Below, in pieces: positions 25,820 through 38,889 of a stretch of DNA of 64,000 bases. Source of the DNA: Laetmonice hystrix (taxonomy: Eukaryota); the NCBI GenBank assembly GCA_965235115.1, contig OZ249439.1, forward strand, positions 16,988,001 to 17,052,000, read 5' to 3'. The notes beneath the pieces are model-generated. The model made no database searches, was not told the DNA's origin, and saw nothing but the letters and a program-made list of their open reading frames with translations. Position 1 is the stretch's first letter, and each line of letters begins with the position of its first letter. The position numbers and the translations under genes are program-made.

Positions 25820-26329
25820 AGGTAATCGATCACCCTAGAGCCGCCGAGTTTTGCCGGAGCGGTGTCTCCATCTCCTACGAATCCACGGATTTCATGCTTA
25901 CCTAATCTTGAATCTATCCCACTGGACTGATAAAACATTCTGTCGTAATCCTAACATTGTTGTGCTAGGTCTGTTGTTGATTATGAACCATAATGAGGCG
26001 ATACAGTCCATATTTTTCATCTCAATGGACTGAGAACTGCCGCATTCCCTTCCTAACCATCATAGTGGTCGTTACTAAGCAACGGGCACAGCGCGCATGC
26101 GCGAGTGTGTTGCTCGCCTGCCCTCCCCCCATGATCCAAATAAGGGCATGATTTGATTCGCGTGCTCTCGTCTCTAGCCAAATAGGTAAACGCTTAATTA
26201 ATTAATTAAAAATATTGTCGATATGGACGCGCCATGGTACCAGACTGCTAGAAACACCTTAAAATAATTGTTTTTACTCAAGTTTTGTTAAATTGACTGC
26301 GTTTATTTCAATTTTCGGACAGATGTCCT
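25820..26329. mobile_element. Kolobok-like non-autonomous element, copy 2 (510 bp)
   Basis: TTAA|AGGTAATCG...GATGTCCT|TTAA. Colinear with 21718-22237 apart from scattered substitutions and one divergent internal segment. Confidence 0.8.
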
Positions 26330-27496
26330 TTAACAAAGAAAATTAACGAAGATCCTCCTTACTCGAAACAGGTAAAATTGAACATAGACGTAGATAGAGA
26401 CTGAACTACGTCTATGGATTGAATATTAACTTTGTCTCAATTTATAGCTGGTGGCCCGACACACAAGTAGAGGGTCTACTTGACCCCTTAGCCTAGCAAG
26501 CACCCCCCCGCCCCCCTAGTTATGTAACACCGTTCGTGTGGGTCGAAAAGTCCATTTCTGGACGAAATATCGGTTTGAAAACCGGGTGCCTTTATAAATT
26601 GATCGAAGTATGCCCTTAAAAAGATCGATCTGCCCCCATAATTTTTGGTTACACACGGCCCTGATACTCGAGTATCTCTCTGTGTATATAGGGAGCGGGT
26701 GCGTCTTGGCGTACATGCATGTGTGAATAATGATAATTCAGTTAGAGGTATAATGAAGACTGAAGAAACGGCTCACCCGGGTTCCCCTATATCAAGCTAT
26801 AGTCACACTTGGGGTGCTGACTAGGTGGTCCACTGGACACACATTACATCTAGTGAATATGTTTATATTTCGCTCCGAGCTAGGGGTAAACAGGTTGTGT
26901 TATTAGTATCCACTATAGTTGGGAAACCAATGCGGCCCTTTCGGGTGCTATCAGCTGCCCCCAGTTTCTGGGTCGAGGTAATCCAACATTAGGTTACCCG
27001 CAACTTCTCGTTTGCCGACTCCCTGCTGCATGGTAGAGACTCGTATAGCGTTCATGTTGTCTTACCTGGACGTTGGCCAAAATGGGGGTGGGGCGTACTT
27101 GAGGGGGCGGGGCGGGGTAGCGATGGGGGTGAGGGGTACCATGAGTCGGGGATGATGAAATACGTGGCGTTTCCAGATGTTGTTCAGGGCCTTCGGGCCT
27201 ATCTAGACTCAGCTTTGCTCACTCGTCAGTGCTGGTACTAGTGCCACCACTCCGAATACAAAAAGGTACAGTACTTGTATGCACCATTGGCATACTCTGG
27301 CTGCAATTGCAACTAGGGATTGCTTACTTCAGCACGAGGTATTCCCAATCATTATACATGTACTCGAATGGTGTGGCTTCCTGGCTAGACGCGTGATATT
27401 GCCATGGTCAAAATTTAAGGAGGAATAAATATATCTGGTCGAATTATTGAAATTGTTTTAAAAAGGATCCCACGTAGAGTAGGTGCACTGGCATTT

Positions 27497-27664
27497 CAAT
27501 GGGGGATCCAGGATTTTGATAAAAGGGTGGGCACCAGGATTTTGATAAGGGGGGCCACCAGGATTTTGATAAGGGGGGGGTCACCTACATTTTTTGGGAT
27601 TTTGACTGTAAAAAAGAAGAAAAAGGAAATTTAAGGGGGGCCCGGCCCCCTAGATCCCCCACTG
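27497..27664. mobile_element. hAT-like MITE with three internal direct repeats
   Basis: TIRs CAATGGGGGATCCA / TAGATCCCCCACTG (2 mismatches in 14). CCAGGATTTTGATAA occurs at 27508, 27534 and 27558. Confidence 0.65.
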
Positions 27665-30474
27665 TCATTTTCATCAGCGAACTCTTGCAGCATTGAAACG
27701 AACAATATAGAACGGTAAAAATCCCAACTGCAGTTTTATTCAACCAATGACAGAACTGAAAGCATGGTTAAAGATGAACAGTCCCACGGTACAATAAAAC
27801 TAAAAGCTAACAAGTACCGGGGTATAAACTTAAATACGGACACAATGAAAACAATAGATCAGATCATCAGTTCAAAGTAACACATAATAAAAAAGGGGGG
27901 TTCACGCACCTTACGTCTGTGCTAACCACGTCACAGATTCATTAGTTCAATGCTTTTATCGAATTTCTCCATCGGGGATGCCATACGATACTAACTTTGA
28001 AGGGAATTGATCGATGTGCTAATTTAATATGTGTCCCTACATGTCACTTCACTCAAAACAATTTCTTGGAATACAAATGCTTTCCACTGCATGAAAGTTG
28101 TACAAAGGTCGCCTTCTGATGCAAAATGTCATTAAAGAAAATTAGAATTAAACAGAAAAATTGAATTTTTTCTTCTACTACTTCCTGGAAAGCGCACGTG
28201 GATTTTTGTCTTTTTTTCTTCAAAACCGAAAATTTCAAATTAGGAAGGACGCGTTGTATATTTAATCCAACATTTATTGTTTACACAGCTGGGTTATGCC
28301 ACTCAATGAAATTCGCAACATTCGACCAATTACCAATAACAGGACTCTGACCTAGAGGATAACTGCGTTTATGGAATGACTAAAAGTTACAACCATCACA
28401 CTTTTCATGAATTAAAATCTTACTGAAACTATCCTTACGAACTTTAGAACCATGTAATCTACATATAATGGCATATTTTCCCAAGTAAATTGAATTGATA
28501 CCGTCTAGGAAATAGAACTTTGTGCCGGTTTAAAACAGAATAGATATCGTTTCAAAAACACAATAATTATTCATCTTGTATCACGTTTAATTTCAATTTG
28601 TTGATTGTGTGGTGGTTCGTGCAACCATTACCAATTCCATTTAGAAAGGGTGCCCCCTTGTGCCGTCTAGTGAGAAGAACTCGAACCAGGAAAGTAGTCA
28701 TAACGTGCTGGCTGCATGAATTTGACCTCTTGCAAGGAGGAGATCAACGAGTATGTTCTTTCTCAAATTATCCTGCTCCTACATGTGCACTTAAAAAATT
28801 AGAGCTCATACTAGGAGAAAAAAAATGTCTTTCAGTAAAATTCTATTGATGTTCGTATCACAAACAAAAATTCATATGAACTTATGTCATCAACATCTGA
28901 ACAGAAGTTAACTAGCATTTTTCATATACACGTACAACCGTTCCGTAATGCTTCCTACATTTCACTACACGACACCGGTGCACATAGTTATATGATACCG
29001 ACGATGACCCCTATCATACATATTTGATCTATTTAAATACTACCACCTGTACATCATTTACCATTCATCCTCACCATCGCTACCACCATTATCATCACGT
29101 GATAACGACAACACCCTTTGCTTACAAACTGGGGAAACCGTGTCCTGATGAAGTTACATAATTATGATGTCTCTGGGAACGTTAGATGGTGGATACTCAA
29201 TAGATAATAAGTGACTTTCAGCAACTCTTAGTATCTTTTTGTGTGCAGTCTGTATAATCTACATTGCATCGCAACATCTGTGTACATACATTATAGAGGT
29301 AACATCACAGGGTTATCAATAACAAATGTTCTCCTTCACTGCTGCTTTATTCCTCCATGTTTCTGTCATTCAAGTCGAAGTTATACAAGCACACAATACT
29401 AACTTTGAACACATCGACACTAACCACGTGTACTTGTTAATACATATATAGTATAAGTCAACATTTGTCCCTCTCGACAAGTGGCCATAAAATCTTTCAT
29501 TGGGTCTCAGGAATCAACCCATTAAATGTACATAGTTTTAGTTCTGTATTCCTTCCACAATAGGAGCTCTACAAATTGCCTTTAGCTTACGTTGATTTAT
29601 TTCTGGGTTGATTTCTACACGGTCATGTGTCCTTGGTTAACTTTCAACAGCCAATCATAGAAACAGCCAGTCATCTGCACACATCAGCTAACCAAGGCAG
29701 TGCATATTTCAATTCCAGATATGTTCTCTTGTAGCGAGACCTATAGATACTTTTCATGGATTGTTTTTATAACCAAAACAAGTATAAGAAAGATCTGGTG
29801 CTTAAGCAAGCTTGCTACCTGTTTGTATAAAATTGGCAATATATTCCAGCTGATACTTGTTACCACATGTGACATGATTCCATCTGTCACGTGCTGATAA
29901 AGATCGGCCCTGCCCTATGTTTTTGGTGGGGATAGATGTTGACACATTTAACAAAGGAAATGTAGTTTCAAAATATACGCAAGATTTGTTCCTGGATTTG
30001 AGTGTAACTACGGGCATCTCGTTACACGGCTGCCTCTTGACTTTTAATGGTATATCCAGTCTTTTATCTGCAACTACGAATAATAGACCCCCTTCAAGAA
30101 ACGTTCATACAACACAAGCTCTACAAATGTCTTAGTGGGCATTCTCTCGTGACATTTATCCATATTTTACAATATGACAACACATAATTAGAGAGTTTCT
30201 TTATGATGGAAAACAGTCCTATATGTTAACAAACAGGATCTGATCCAAGATGAGTTTACATTACATTTCTTTTTCTGCCTAACCGTAAACATATTTTCGG
30301 GATAAAGAAATACTTTTCAAATATAGTATATGTTGCTATAACTGGCCGAATATGATTTCTGTAGTGTGGTAGCAACTTTATATGAATATATAAAGATAGG
30401 CCTACCGGAAAACCGACACCAGCAGAAAGCGTTAATAGCATTCCTGTGATTAACCATAACAAAGTCAGATTGGT

Positions 30475-30489
30475 GGCGCCCCCTGGCGA
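30475..30489 (-). promoter_or_regulatory. Candidate CTCF site in the NFXL1 3' region
   Basis: Minus strand reads TCGCCAGGGGGCGCC, close to the CTCF core CCASYAGRKGGCGC. Motif match only. Confidence 0.4.
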
Positions 30490-30764
30490 TAGAGAGCAAA
30501 TATCTTGCATTACAGAAGAGGGAATTATGTGTTGCTGTTCAGTACCTCAAATACCATAAATCAGTCATTCTGATACACGAATGCAGGATATTAAAAAATC
30601 TTCCGTCTTTTTCCCCCTTTCAACCTGTTCAATCCTTATCAAAACTGAAACATGATAGAAACACGTCCATCAATACTCATCTGACTTGACAAACTCATCC
30701 ATTGTTGATTCATTCCATTTAAATTTGCAGAAGCCCATGGTGTGAACTGGCTTCATGTAATCTG

Positions 30765-33700
30765 TTAATTGTTGACCAGATAGTATAAGAGGCCTGATAT
30801 TAGGGCCACCAAAACTGAGGCCAACAGCATCTTGCTGTGGCGGCGCCAGAATGCAGGCGTGTCTTCCTCAATGTGCTGTTTACGAGGTTTCCTTTTTCGA
30901 CCCCGCATCTTGCGCTCAAACTCTTCCACCTCCGCCTGCTGTCGCCGGAGTTCCTCCTCTTTGGCGGCAGCTGCTGCTGCCTCTGCCTCCTGGTAACAAT
31001 CAAGGATGTAAAGACTTGAAAAACTGAACAAATCCGTTCAATATTGGCCTAATTTTCAGAGCCCCCACCCCCCCCCCAAAACAGGTGTTTTTCACTGGGC
31101 TTCTGTGAATGAAATACCTTACCAAAAACATCATCTTCAATCCTATTTGTCAATATATTTGCTTTTTCCTTCCTTAGTCTCAAAATTTCACATGTGGTCA
31201 ACACCTACCCTTTGCTTCCTTTCTTTATTCTGGCGACAGATTTCATCACATTCAATCTTGTGGTTGTTAGTGCGAATCTCGCTGCAAGGGAAATCTTTCT
31301 TGCGACGCCGACATTTGCAAGCGAGACGAACCTTCTCTGTACAATTACTGACATTTGTACAGGCTCCCTGGTGGCAGGTTCTGCGACACTGATGGCCACA
31401 GTCCAGCTGCAATACCATAAGGAACTTTTTATAAATATTGTGAAATATTTTTCTGGGTCTTTTCCACTTTTGAGCTGTCATACTTAATAATTCAATGAAA
31501 CTACAGGAAAGATTGGTTACCAGTACTCTTTATTTACTAATCAACACAGTTATTTTGTTATTTTCTTGTCTTTAGCCTATTCGTAGGAAATTATGGTATT
31601 CCTCTGAAAATGCAACATATTAAGAATAATTAGCAAAAGGAATTCCCCTCTAACAAAATGAAATATACTGTTATAATTTCTTTCTAACTTAGAAAAGGTT
31701 TCTGGGCTTACTGTCTTGGGGCATCTTCCAGGGCAGGCCTTAAGTGCTTCCTTTTCCTCTGCATCTGCGGCAGTCCACTTGTAGCATTCGATGTACTTCA
31801 TAATGGCCTTACAGTGGCATGGCATGCGCAACATCTGGGTGCAGTCATCACAGGCTGCAGCATGACAGGGCCGCAGACACATGTGACTGCAGCCCTGAGG
31901 ACGTAGTCGCTGGCAGGCCTCCTCACACTCTCCACAGTTGGAGCCAGCCTAAATGAAATAGTGCTGTTTTAAAATGATTCCTATAGTTACACTGCTACAA
32001 TTTTAGAACAGTGATTGTTTAATCATGAAAACTTGCTGAGTTTAGAAAACCTTCACTGTACTTTTTCTTTTCATGCTTGCAGGGTATACAAACCAGATTT
32101 TCAGCCTGAGCGTTCTCAACAACATGACATTCCAACTGACAGGTGTGGTTTGTACAAGCCAGTAAACGTCCACATGACCGGCGACATGACTCAACCCGTG
32201 CCGATGAACATGGCATTGTCACCGTCTAGGTAGATAGATAGATAGATTTTATTAACCGGACTTGTACAAGATACGCTTATATAAAGACTCTACAACACAA
32301 TCAGAATTCACAGTTACTGGGGGCAATGACTTGGCACCGAAAAACAGTACATCATGCAATTTACCAACTGTCATAACTGACATGCTGACTACAGAACACG
32401 ATCAATATTTATAGCCAATATCATTAGTCAATCTTAGTAGGATCTCCTAAGTTTGAACTACTTTAGTTAATACTTCCAGGAACTACACTCGTAAGCTTAC
32501 TCACCTCATGTTCTCCTAGGCATGACACCTTCACAGGGTGACTGCATGGTGGGCAAGGTTTATCCACAACTTCAATCCTACACTGGGGCTTGGGATCCCA
32601 TGGTACAGCCATCTGAAAAAAGATATAGCTTCAGATCAACAACCTGGTGACCTATGTTAAAAACATGACCATGCCAGCAACTAAAATGCATAAACACAAA
32701 AGCATCACTAATGATGCTTTAAAAAGACTGTTTGAAACTCTTTTGATGGGTGACCTCACCTTCTCTGGGACTGTCACTCTGACTGCTGAGTGGCACTTGC
32801 TGGGGCAGGTGTGATCACAGGTGGCCATTGGTTTGCCACACACCTGGCGGCACGGTGGGCACAATCCAAAGTGGCAGCGATGGTGGAGAGCAGTACTGTG
32901 GTGGCAGTCTGGGGGCTTCCTAAAAAGTTCAGGGGAAAAAAGTAAAATCATTACAAGCATATCCTGGTATCTGCACACTACTTAAAGAGCTTATGTGAAA
33001 AATCACTCTTTGCTTCTAAAATAAGATAAATAGCCCAAAACCACAGCTTCGAGTTGTGTTTACATACTGGCATTTCTCAGGACACTTTGGAGGCTTGGTG
33101 ACTCTCTCACGTCCACAAGGCACAGTGATACTGGTTGTCTTGCAGAAACATGCCAAGGTCACAGTTAAGGGGCAAGGGTAGCAAGGTCCTACAAAGAGAG
33201 ATTAATTAGCAAGGCGATGCTTGTACAAATGTAAGAAATGGTCAAACTTATATCAATACCAGTAATTTAATTATAGCTGCACCTGAGTTAAGTGACTGGA
33301 GATGAGGCTGAAGAGGAATTACACGTGTGTTAGTTAACCTCAGTGTAACTTAAGTTTTTCACTGAAACAACAGGGCTCATTTGAAACTAAGGAGTGACAT
33401 CACAAGTTTATATGAATGGAATGAGTACTGTAAAGTAGGCAGAGGAGGAGGGGGTGGGGGGGGGGGGATCATTCTCTTTTGAAACTGGTCCATTGTTATT
33501 TACCCTGGTAATTTAGAATATGAATGCCAAAAGCTGAAATACTGATGATGCCTTACCTCTGTGACATCTACTTGTACATTTGTGGTTGCGACAGCTCAAA
33601 TTCTTCCCACATTGTTTGTCACATGGCAGACAGTTTCCATCACAGCACTGGAATGAAGCATACCCATGGTGGTGGAAAGGTTATAATCCATTCACTTAGG

Positions 33701-36700
33701 AGAAAATAATACTTTTCTCCTAAATCCCAAATACTTAATCTCATTCCTGGCGAGTATTACCTTGCGTTTACAGGGGTGTCGATGACAGTCCTTCATCTTT
33801 GGACATTTAACATCACATGTATAGTCCTTAAAGCATGGTAGTTCCTTCTGACGCTGCCCACACTTACATCTCTTCATAGTCATCTGGCGACACTTCATAA
33901 AACCAAAAAGGATCAAATTAATTTTAATTCAGCATGTAATGAACCTGTACATTACATTTTTTTACACATCTTTTACCAAGCCTTAATAGTAATTTGAGTT
34001 CATGAGAATAAAACTTACAACGCCACATTCACCATTGTGACACTTCTGTGAACAGGTGTGAAGGTCACAGACAAGGATCTTTCCACAGGTGTCAACACAG
34101 GTAGGAACGTCCTCTGTACAAGGCAACTCAAACTCTGCCAAGAGAACACCACATCGATAACAAGCTGCCTACAAAACTTATCATCTCTTCCTACAATTTT
34201 CTCTATCACTAATTATAATCCCTGACCAACCCTTTTCCCCATCTTCTGAGTAAAGATACGTTATGGTATTTTATGTGATGAACCCTTATCAAACAGTTAT
34301 TTTTGCACATGTATACACCTCACTCACCTGATTTCCCACAAGGACACATCCGCTTTCCAGCTCGTGGACAAGAACCACACTTGCCAGCATGACATCGTAT
34401 TTCACAAACATGTTGCCCACAATCGAGACTCTTTCCGCACAACTGTAATTCCACAAAATAATAACACACTATCAGTGTTGACATATTTAAATTTTGTTGT
34501 CACATTTTCGTAGGTAGAACCCTGAACCTCTATGTTAAAGCACACAATGCGTATGAACCCGAAGTAGTTAAATGTAACTTTTCTAATTGTAAAAAATGAA
34601 AAGAAACACAATAACTGATGGAAACTTATGTAAGTCTAGTAAAGATGCTAGGATTTCAATCATTAACATAGTGTAAAAGAAGTTACAGTACCTGGTCACA
34701 CTGCCATTCAGGTGAAGCACACGGCCGCACATTTTTATTGCGTTCACACAGACATGGTTGTAGACTTGTTTCAGGACATGAAGGGCACTCTCCTGTATTT
34801 CAGAATAATTTTAACACGCTTATTTTGTATTTTTCAATGTCGCATGGCAAACAACACAAAAGCAATAGCACAATAGCCTAGGATTTACTGATAAAATTAT
34901 CCAATTCACCTATGAGTGGGTACAAAAGATATACTGTTCTCTTTGAATGTAACTGTTTGTCAATCAAATTAATCTAAAGAATACGGAACCTTGCCTGGAT
35001 AGTAATCATTCTGCATTATCACAATGAACGTTCTACACATGAGGTTTATACAACATTAATTACTTCTCCCACATACATACCAGCATGGCATGGCATCCGG
35101 CACTTGTGGTGTCCACATGCAAGCTCCTGACCACAAAACTGACCACATGACCATTCCTTAGCTCCACACCGTTTTATCTGTGGCGACTGTTTCCCACAAT
35201 GACATGATACCAGAACGGTCTGGGGGCATGGGGGACAAGGGCCTGCAACATATACAAAGCTCTTTAGTTTTTTCAAAATATTTGAAGATTCACGCCGACT
35301 GAAAAGGAAAATCGCTGGTTGAATAAAGTCAACTTTTTTATCATGTAAGTGTGGCTAACGTTTTGGCCCTGCTATAGGAGTTTCTATAAAGTTGCTGTAC
35401 CGGTAATAATCCCCTTTCCAGTAGGTCTATCATACTGGAATCAGTAAGAACATGTCCACTATAATTTATATAGGTTCAAAACACCTATGACTGAACTTCA
35501 TTTCTCAAAAGGCTAAGTGCCTTTCTTGATGTCTCTCACGCCTATCATTTCTTAGTTGGCTAACTGAGGTAATATTATTCATTTATTCAATTTACCCTGG
35601 TTTTGGTAAGTTGTACATTCTACCTAAATTCATGTTCTTCCAGCGGCTGACAACTGACCTGGGTGACACAGGAGGAGACACTGGTGTCCACAATGGGGCT
35701 TGAGCTGCCGGCCGCAGGTCTGGCCACACGAATGAGGAATCAGCCAGGGGTCAAATTCAGGATCTTCTTCTTTCCCACAGAAACAGAGGTAACGTGTTGG
35801 GCACTCCAGTTGGCTGTAGTCATGCCGGCATTTGGGGCTGAAGAAAAATTATGTTATGGATCGTACATGAAAGATAGCAGATCAGGGTGTAAAATTGGGG
35901 GCGAGATAGAGTGCGCCCTCTGGGCGCAGAGGCCCCCTGTCCAATGCGCCCGGATGTAGTTCAGTGCGCCCGGATCATTTTAAAGTGCGCCATATAGTGA
36001 CAGTGGCGAACCCCCCCCCCCCCCATGTAAAAACACATTTTTCTAAACAATAATTTGTGCATGTGTAATGCAGAAAAAAAGGTGGATGAGTCACAACACA
36101 TACAAGTTTTGATTTTTATTCCCACCCGGCACTCAGTCCACTCACTATAGTAGTCAGTGACTACAGTCACTATATTGACACTGACTAGGTCATCGCTGCT
36201 GCTGTCGGCCTCCTGGGCCAGGTTTTTAGTTTGGAAACAGTCTTAAGATTCAAATCTTAAGACTGAACTCTTGTTTCAGAGCTTTTTATTGGTCCTTCAA
36301 ATGAAGTCAGCCAATGAGAGACCATAACACAAGTCAGCCTTAAGATTCCAGTCTTAAGATTGGTAAAATGACGAACTAAAAACCGGGGCCTGGGGTGCAG
36401 GTGACAACCTTCTGCCAGCGACGGACAGCTTGGCTGGGGTCGAAAATGTCCACCGTGTCCACCCCTAGTGTGGAATGGAATAATCAATCACTGTGCTCTG
36501 TATGGATCATCCCATTCTATGAATAGGGAAGGCAGAGTACCATACACAGTCTGCGGACTGCTGTGACACACGTGTGGCTTGCCCAGTTAGAAGGTCATCG
36601 CTGGCGCAAGACGGCAAATCATCCAATGCGCCCGGCCGGCGCATAGGGTCATCATGTGGATGCGCCCGGAGCAAAAATAATGCTGCATGCCGCATCGCTA

Positions 36701-38881
36701 ATTTTACACCCTGCAGATCTTATGATTGTTCATTTCAATCAGCAACTGCAGGTAAACTTTCCTTCGATGCATTTGGTATGGACATAAAAGATTTTTAGTC
36801 CCTGTGATGCTTTAATATTTTGAAATAACTGATCAGTGTATTTCGATAACAATAATAGAACTGACTTGGGCAATGCTACAGTGATCTGGAAAAACCTAGT
36901 AAGTCGAGTTTTTGTCCAATTTGAGTTAGTCCCATTTTTGGACTTACTAGGCTTTGCCCGTTCACATAGTCCTATACAAGTGATCAGAACTCTACACAAT
37001 TCATAGTACTTGACCTGGAAAAAACTAGCGTCTGCAGCACCTTAATGGCAGGAATGGTTTGTTTTTCCCAATTTTCTCAAAATGAGGCAAAGTGGACTTG
37101 CTAGGTTTTTCCAGATCACTGTAGAATGAATGTATGCCTACCAGTGCCAGGGAATGCTCTTTGCATCCATTTCATCATCATCACTTGTAGCTGTCTGCTG
37201 GTATACACCATCTTTTACCCACTTCTGGATACATGTGATATGGAACATCGTGTAACAGGTCTGGCACGTCCACACCTAATAGAACAAAAGCTTCATGTCA
37301 AGCAGTGGTAAAATTTCAACTGAATGGATACTGTAAAAATATGTCTGAATTGTATAGAGCTGAGAGCTAACTATGTACCCCCGAACTGATAATCTGGTAA
37401 ATTCCTTAATTCCCAATTAACGTTTAAATACTACTTATGCATGGTAGCAATTTTTATGGTTCATTGATTTACTAATTTTCACACAAGAAACAATCATGTT
37501 CCAGGTTGGACATAATGTTACTGGTTATTTTTTATAGCTTACTCACCGGATCATTTCTCTTTATGGTTTCTATACAGATGAGGCAAGCATTGGCCTTGGA
37601 TTTGATTGAGTTAACAAGATGTTCCCTTGTACGCCCAAGATCGCCAGGGTCACTCACTGCAATTTTGTTTCAATAAAAATGTTACATGTAATGCCTGAAA
37701 AAATACCAATTATTTTTTTCCTGCTCTTTACAGGTTATTCTCTTAAATTGTGTAGATCGATCGTTTTAACACAAATTTAAATATTTTTGTGAGAAAAAAA
37801 AAAATTAAACAGTGCTTTTCTGTACCTCCTGTTCCAGTTCCATGGTATGATTTCAAAGTCTGTGACATAATGTCTTCATCATCAAGATCTTCCTCCTCAG
37901 AAGATGACTCATACTCTTCTTTAGAAGACTGGATGTTGAGAAGTTGCTGGACACTTCGCTGGTGCTGATTCACAGCATCCTGGAACCTGTCCTGTGGGCT
38001 GACACTACCATCATCACCGCTGTCACCTGTCAGAGATGCTTGTTATTCAGCAAATTCATTAAGACTCCGTGGTAGCTTCAACACCCTCCCCTATGTTCTG
38101 TTACCCATTGGTAATTGTAGAAATTTAGTAGAATTAGGTTTATACATCTAGGATTGGGCCTACTCAGTACTTTTGGAAAGCTCAATGCTGTAGATAAAGT
38201 AAAAAATTATATGGCCTTTGGACACCCCAAAGATTGGGCAGACGGCTTGGAATTACATTTTATTAGATGCTGTACACTTAGGAGAAAGCAGATATTATTG
38301 TTTGGCACCCTATCAGAATTGAACTACCATCATTTAATGAAATCATCATACAGTCTGATACCGATTCATTTCAATCTGTTCATTAAATCTCACAGCACTT
38401 AGTCAATACATATATGTTAGGTCTTACCTGGTGAGTGGGCCTGTGCTGAATGTTGAGCATGCTGTTGGTGGTGATGGGAACCTGTGTGGTGGTGGGTGTG
38501 GTGGTGGGATGGTGGCTGGTGGTACGGGTGTACAGCCTGCCTCTGCTGTCCTCCACTCTGGTTAGGCCACTGGTCCCAGCGGCCACGGTGATACTGATGA
38601 CCTATGTCACCATTGCTACCCTTCTGCTGCATTCTAGGTGGTAGCTGTGGACGGTGGGTGTTACCCCACTGAGGCCCACCTCCGGCCCACTGCTGCCCTC
38701 CTGGCCCGCCCCACTGCTGTCCCCCCACTCCTGGACCTCCCCATTGTTGGCCTCCACCCCAGTGTTGAGATGGGTGGTATGGAGGCCCATTATAGCCTGG
38801 TGGTGGACCTCCACGTCCTGGGCTGGGACCACCACGACCTCTTCCTCGGCCCCGTCCTTGGAGGTACACTGGCCGGGACAT
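30765..38881 (-). CDS. NFXL1: NF-X1-type zinc finger protein NFXL1 (about 991 aa; RING-like domain, NF-X1 Zn-finger array, coiled coil, C-terminal TM anchor)
   Basis: 18 GT-AG exons with consistent phases: 38881-38428, 38026-37826, 37656-37547, 37275-37142, 35837-35659, 35242-35081, 34792-34692, 34442-34328, 34134-34019, 33892-33761, 33647-33557, 33188-33068, 32919-32760, 32612-32505, 32225-32094, 31948-31712, 31406-31209, 30989-30765 (2976 nt). Motifs [45 protein letters not shown] and CHPGPCPPC. The C-terminal [15 protein letters not shown]...[23 protein letters not shown] marks NFXL1 rather than NFX1. Confidence 0.95.
32231..32246. repeat. (TAGA)4 microsatellite abutting an NFXL1 acceptor
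   Basis: TAGATAGATAGATAGA. Confidence 0.85.
35883..36713. mobile_element. hAT-like non-autonomous element (831 bp) with 5-bp TSD, in NFXL1 intron 4
   Basis: Perfect 14-bp TIR CAGGGTGTAAAATT, flanked by CAGAT on both sides. Subterminal TGCGCCCGG repeats at about 35946, 35965, 36626 and 36661. Confidence 0.8.
36216..36389. mobile_element. Harbinger-like MITE nested in the hAT-like element
   Basis: CTG|GGCCAGGTTTTTAGTT...AACTAAAAACCGGGGC|CTG (CWG TSD, 2 TIR mismatches). Confidence 0.7.
36879..37121. mobile_element. Tc1/mariner-type MITE (243 bp)
   Basis: TA|CAGTGATCTGGAAAAACCTAGTAAGTC...GACTTGCTAGGTTTTTCCAGATCACTG|TA: TA TSD and 27-bp TIR with 1 mismatch. Confidence 0.85.
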
Positions 38882-38889
38882 GTAGATTT

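Noticed and set aside
26516-27180. Protein-looking minus-strand segments (66-aa ORF; Pro-rich segment with CAG|GTAAG donor)
   Set aside because: Phases do not chain into a coherent gene, and there is no homology.
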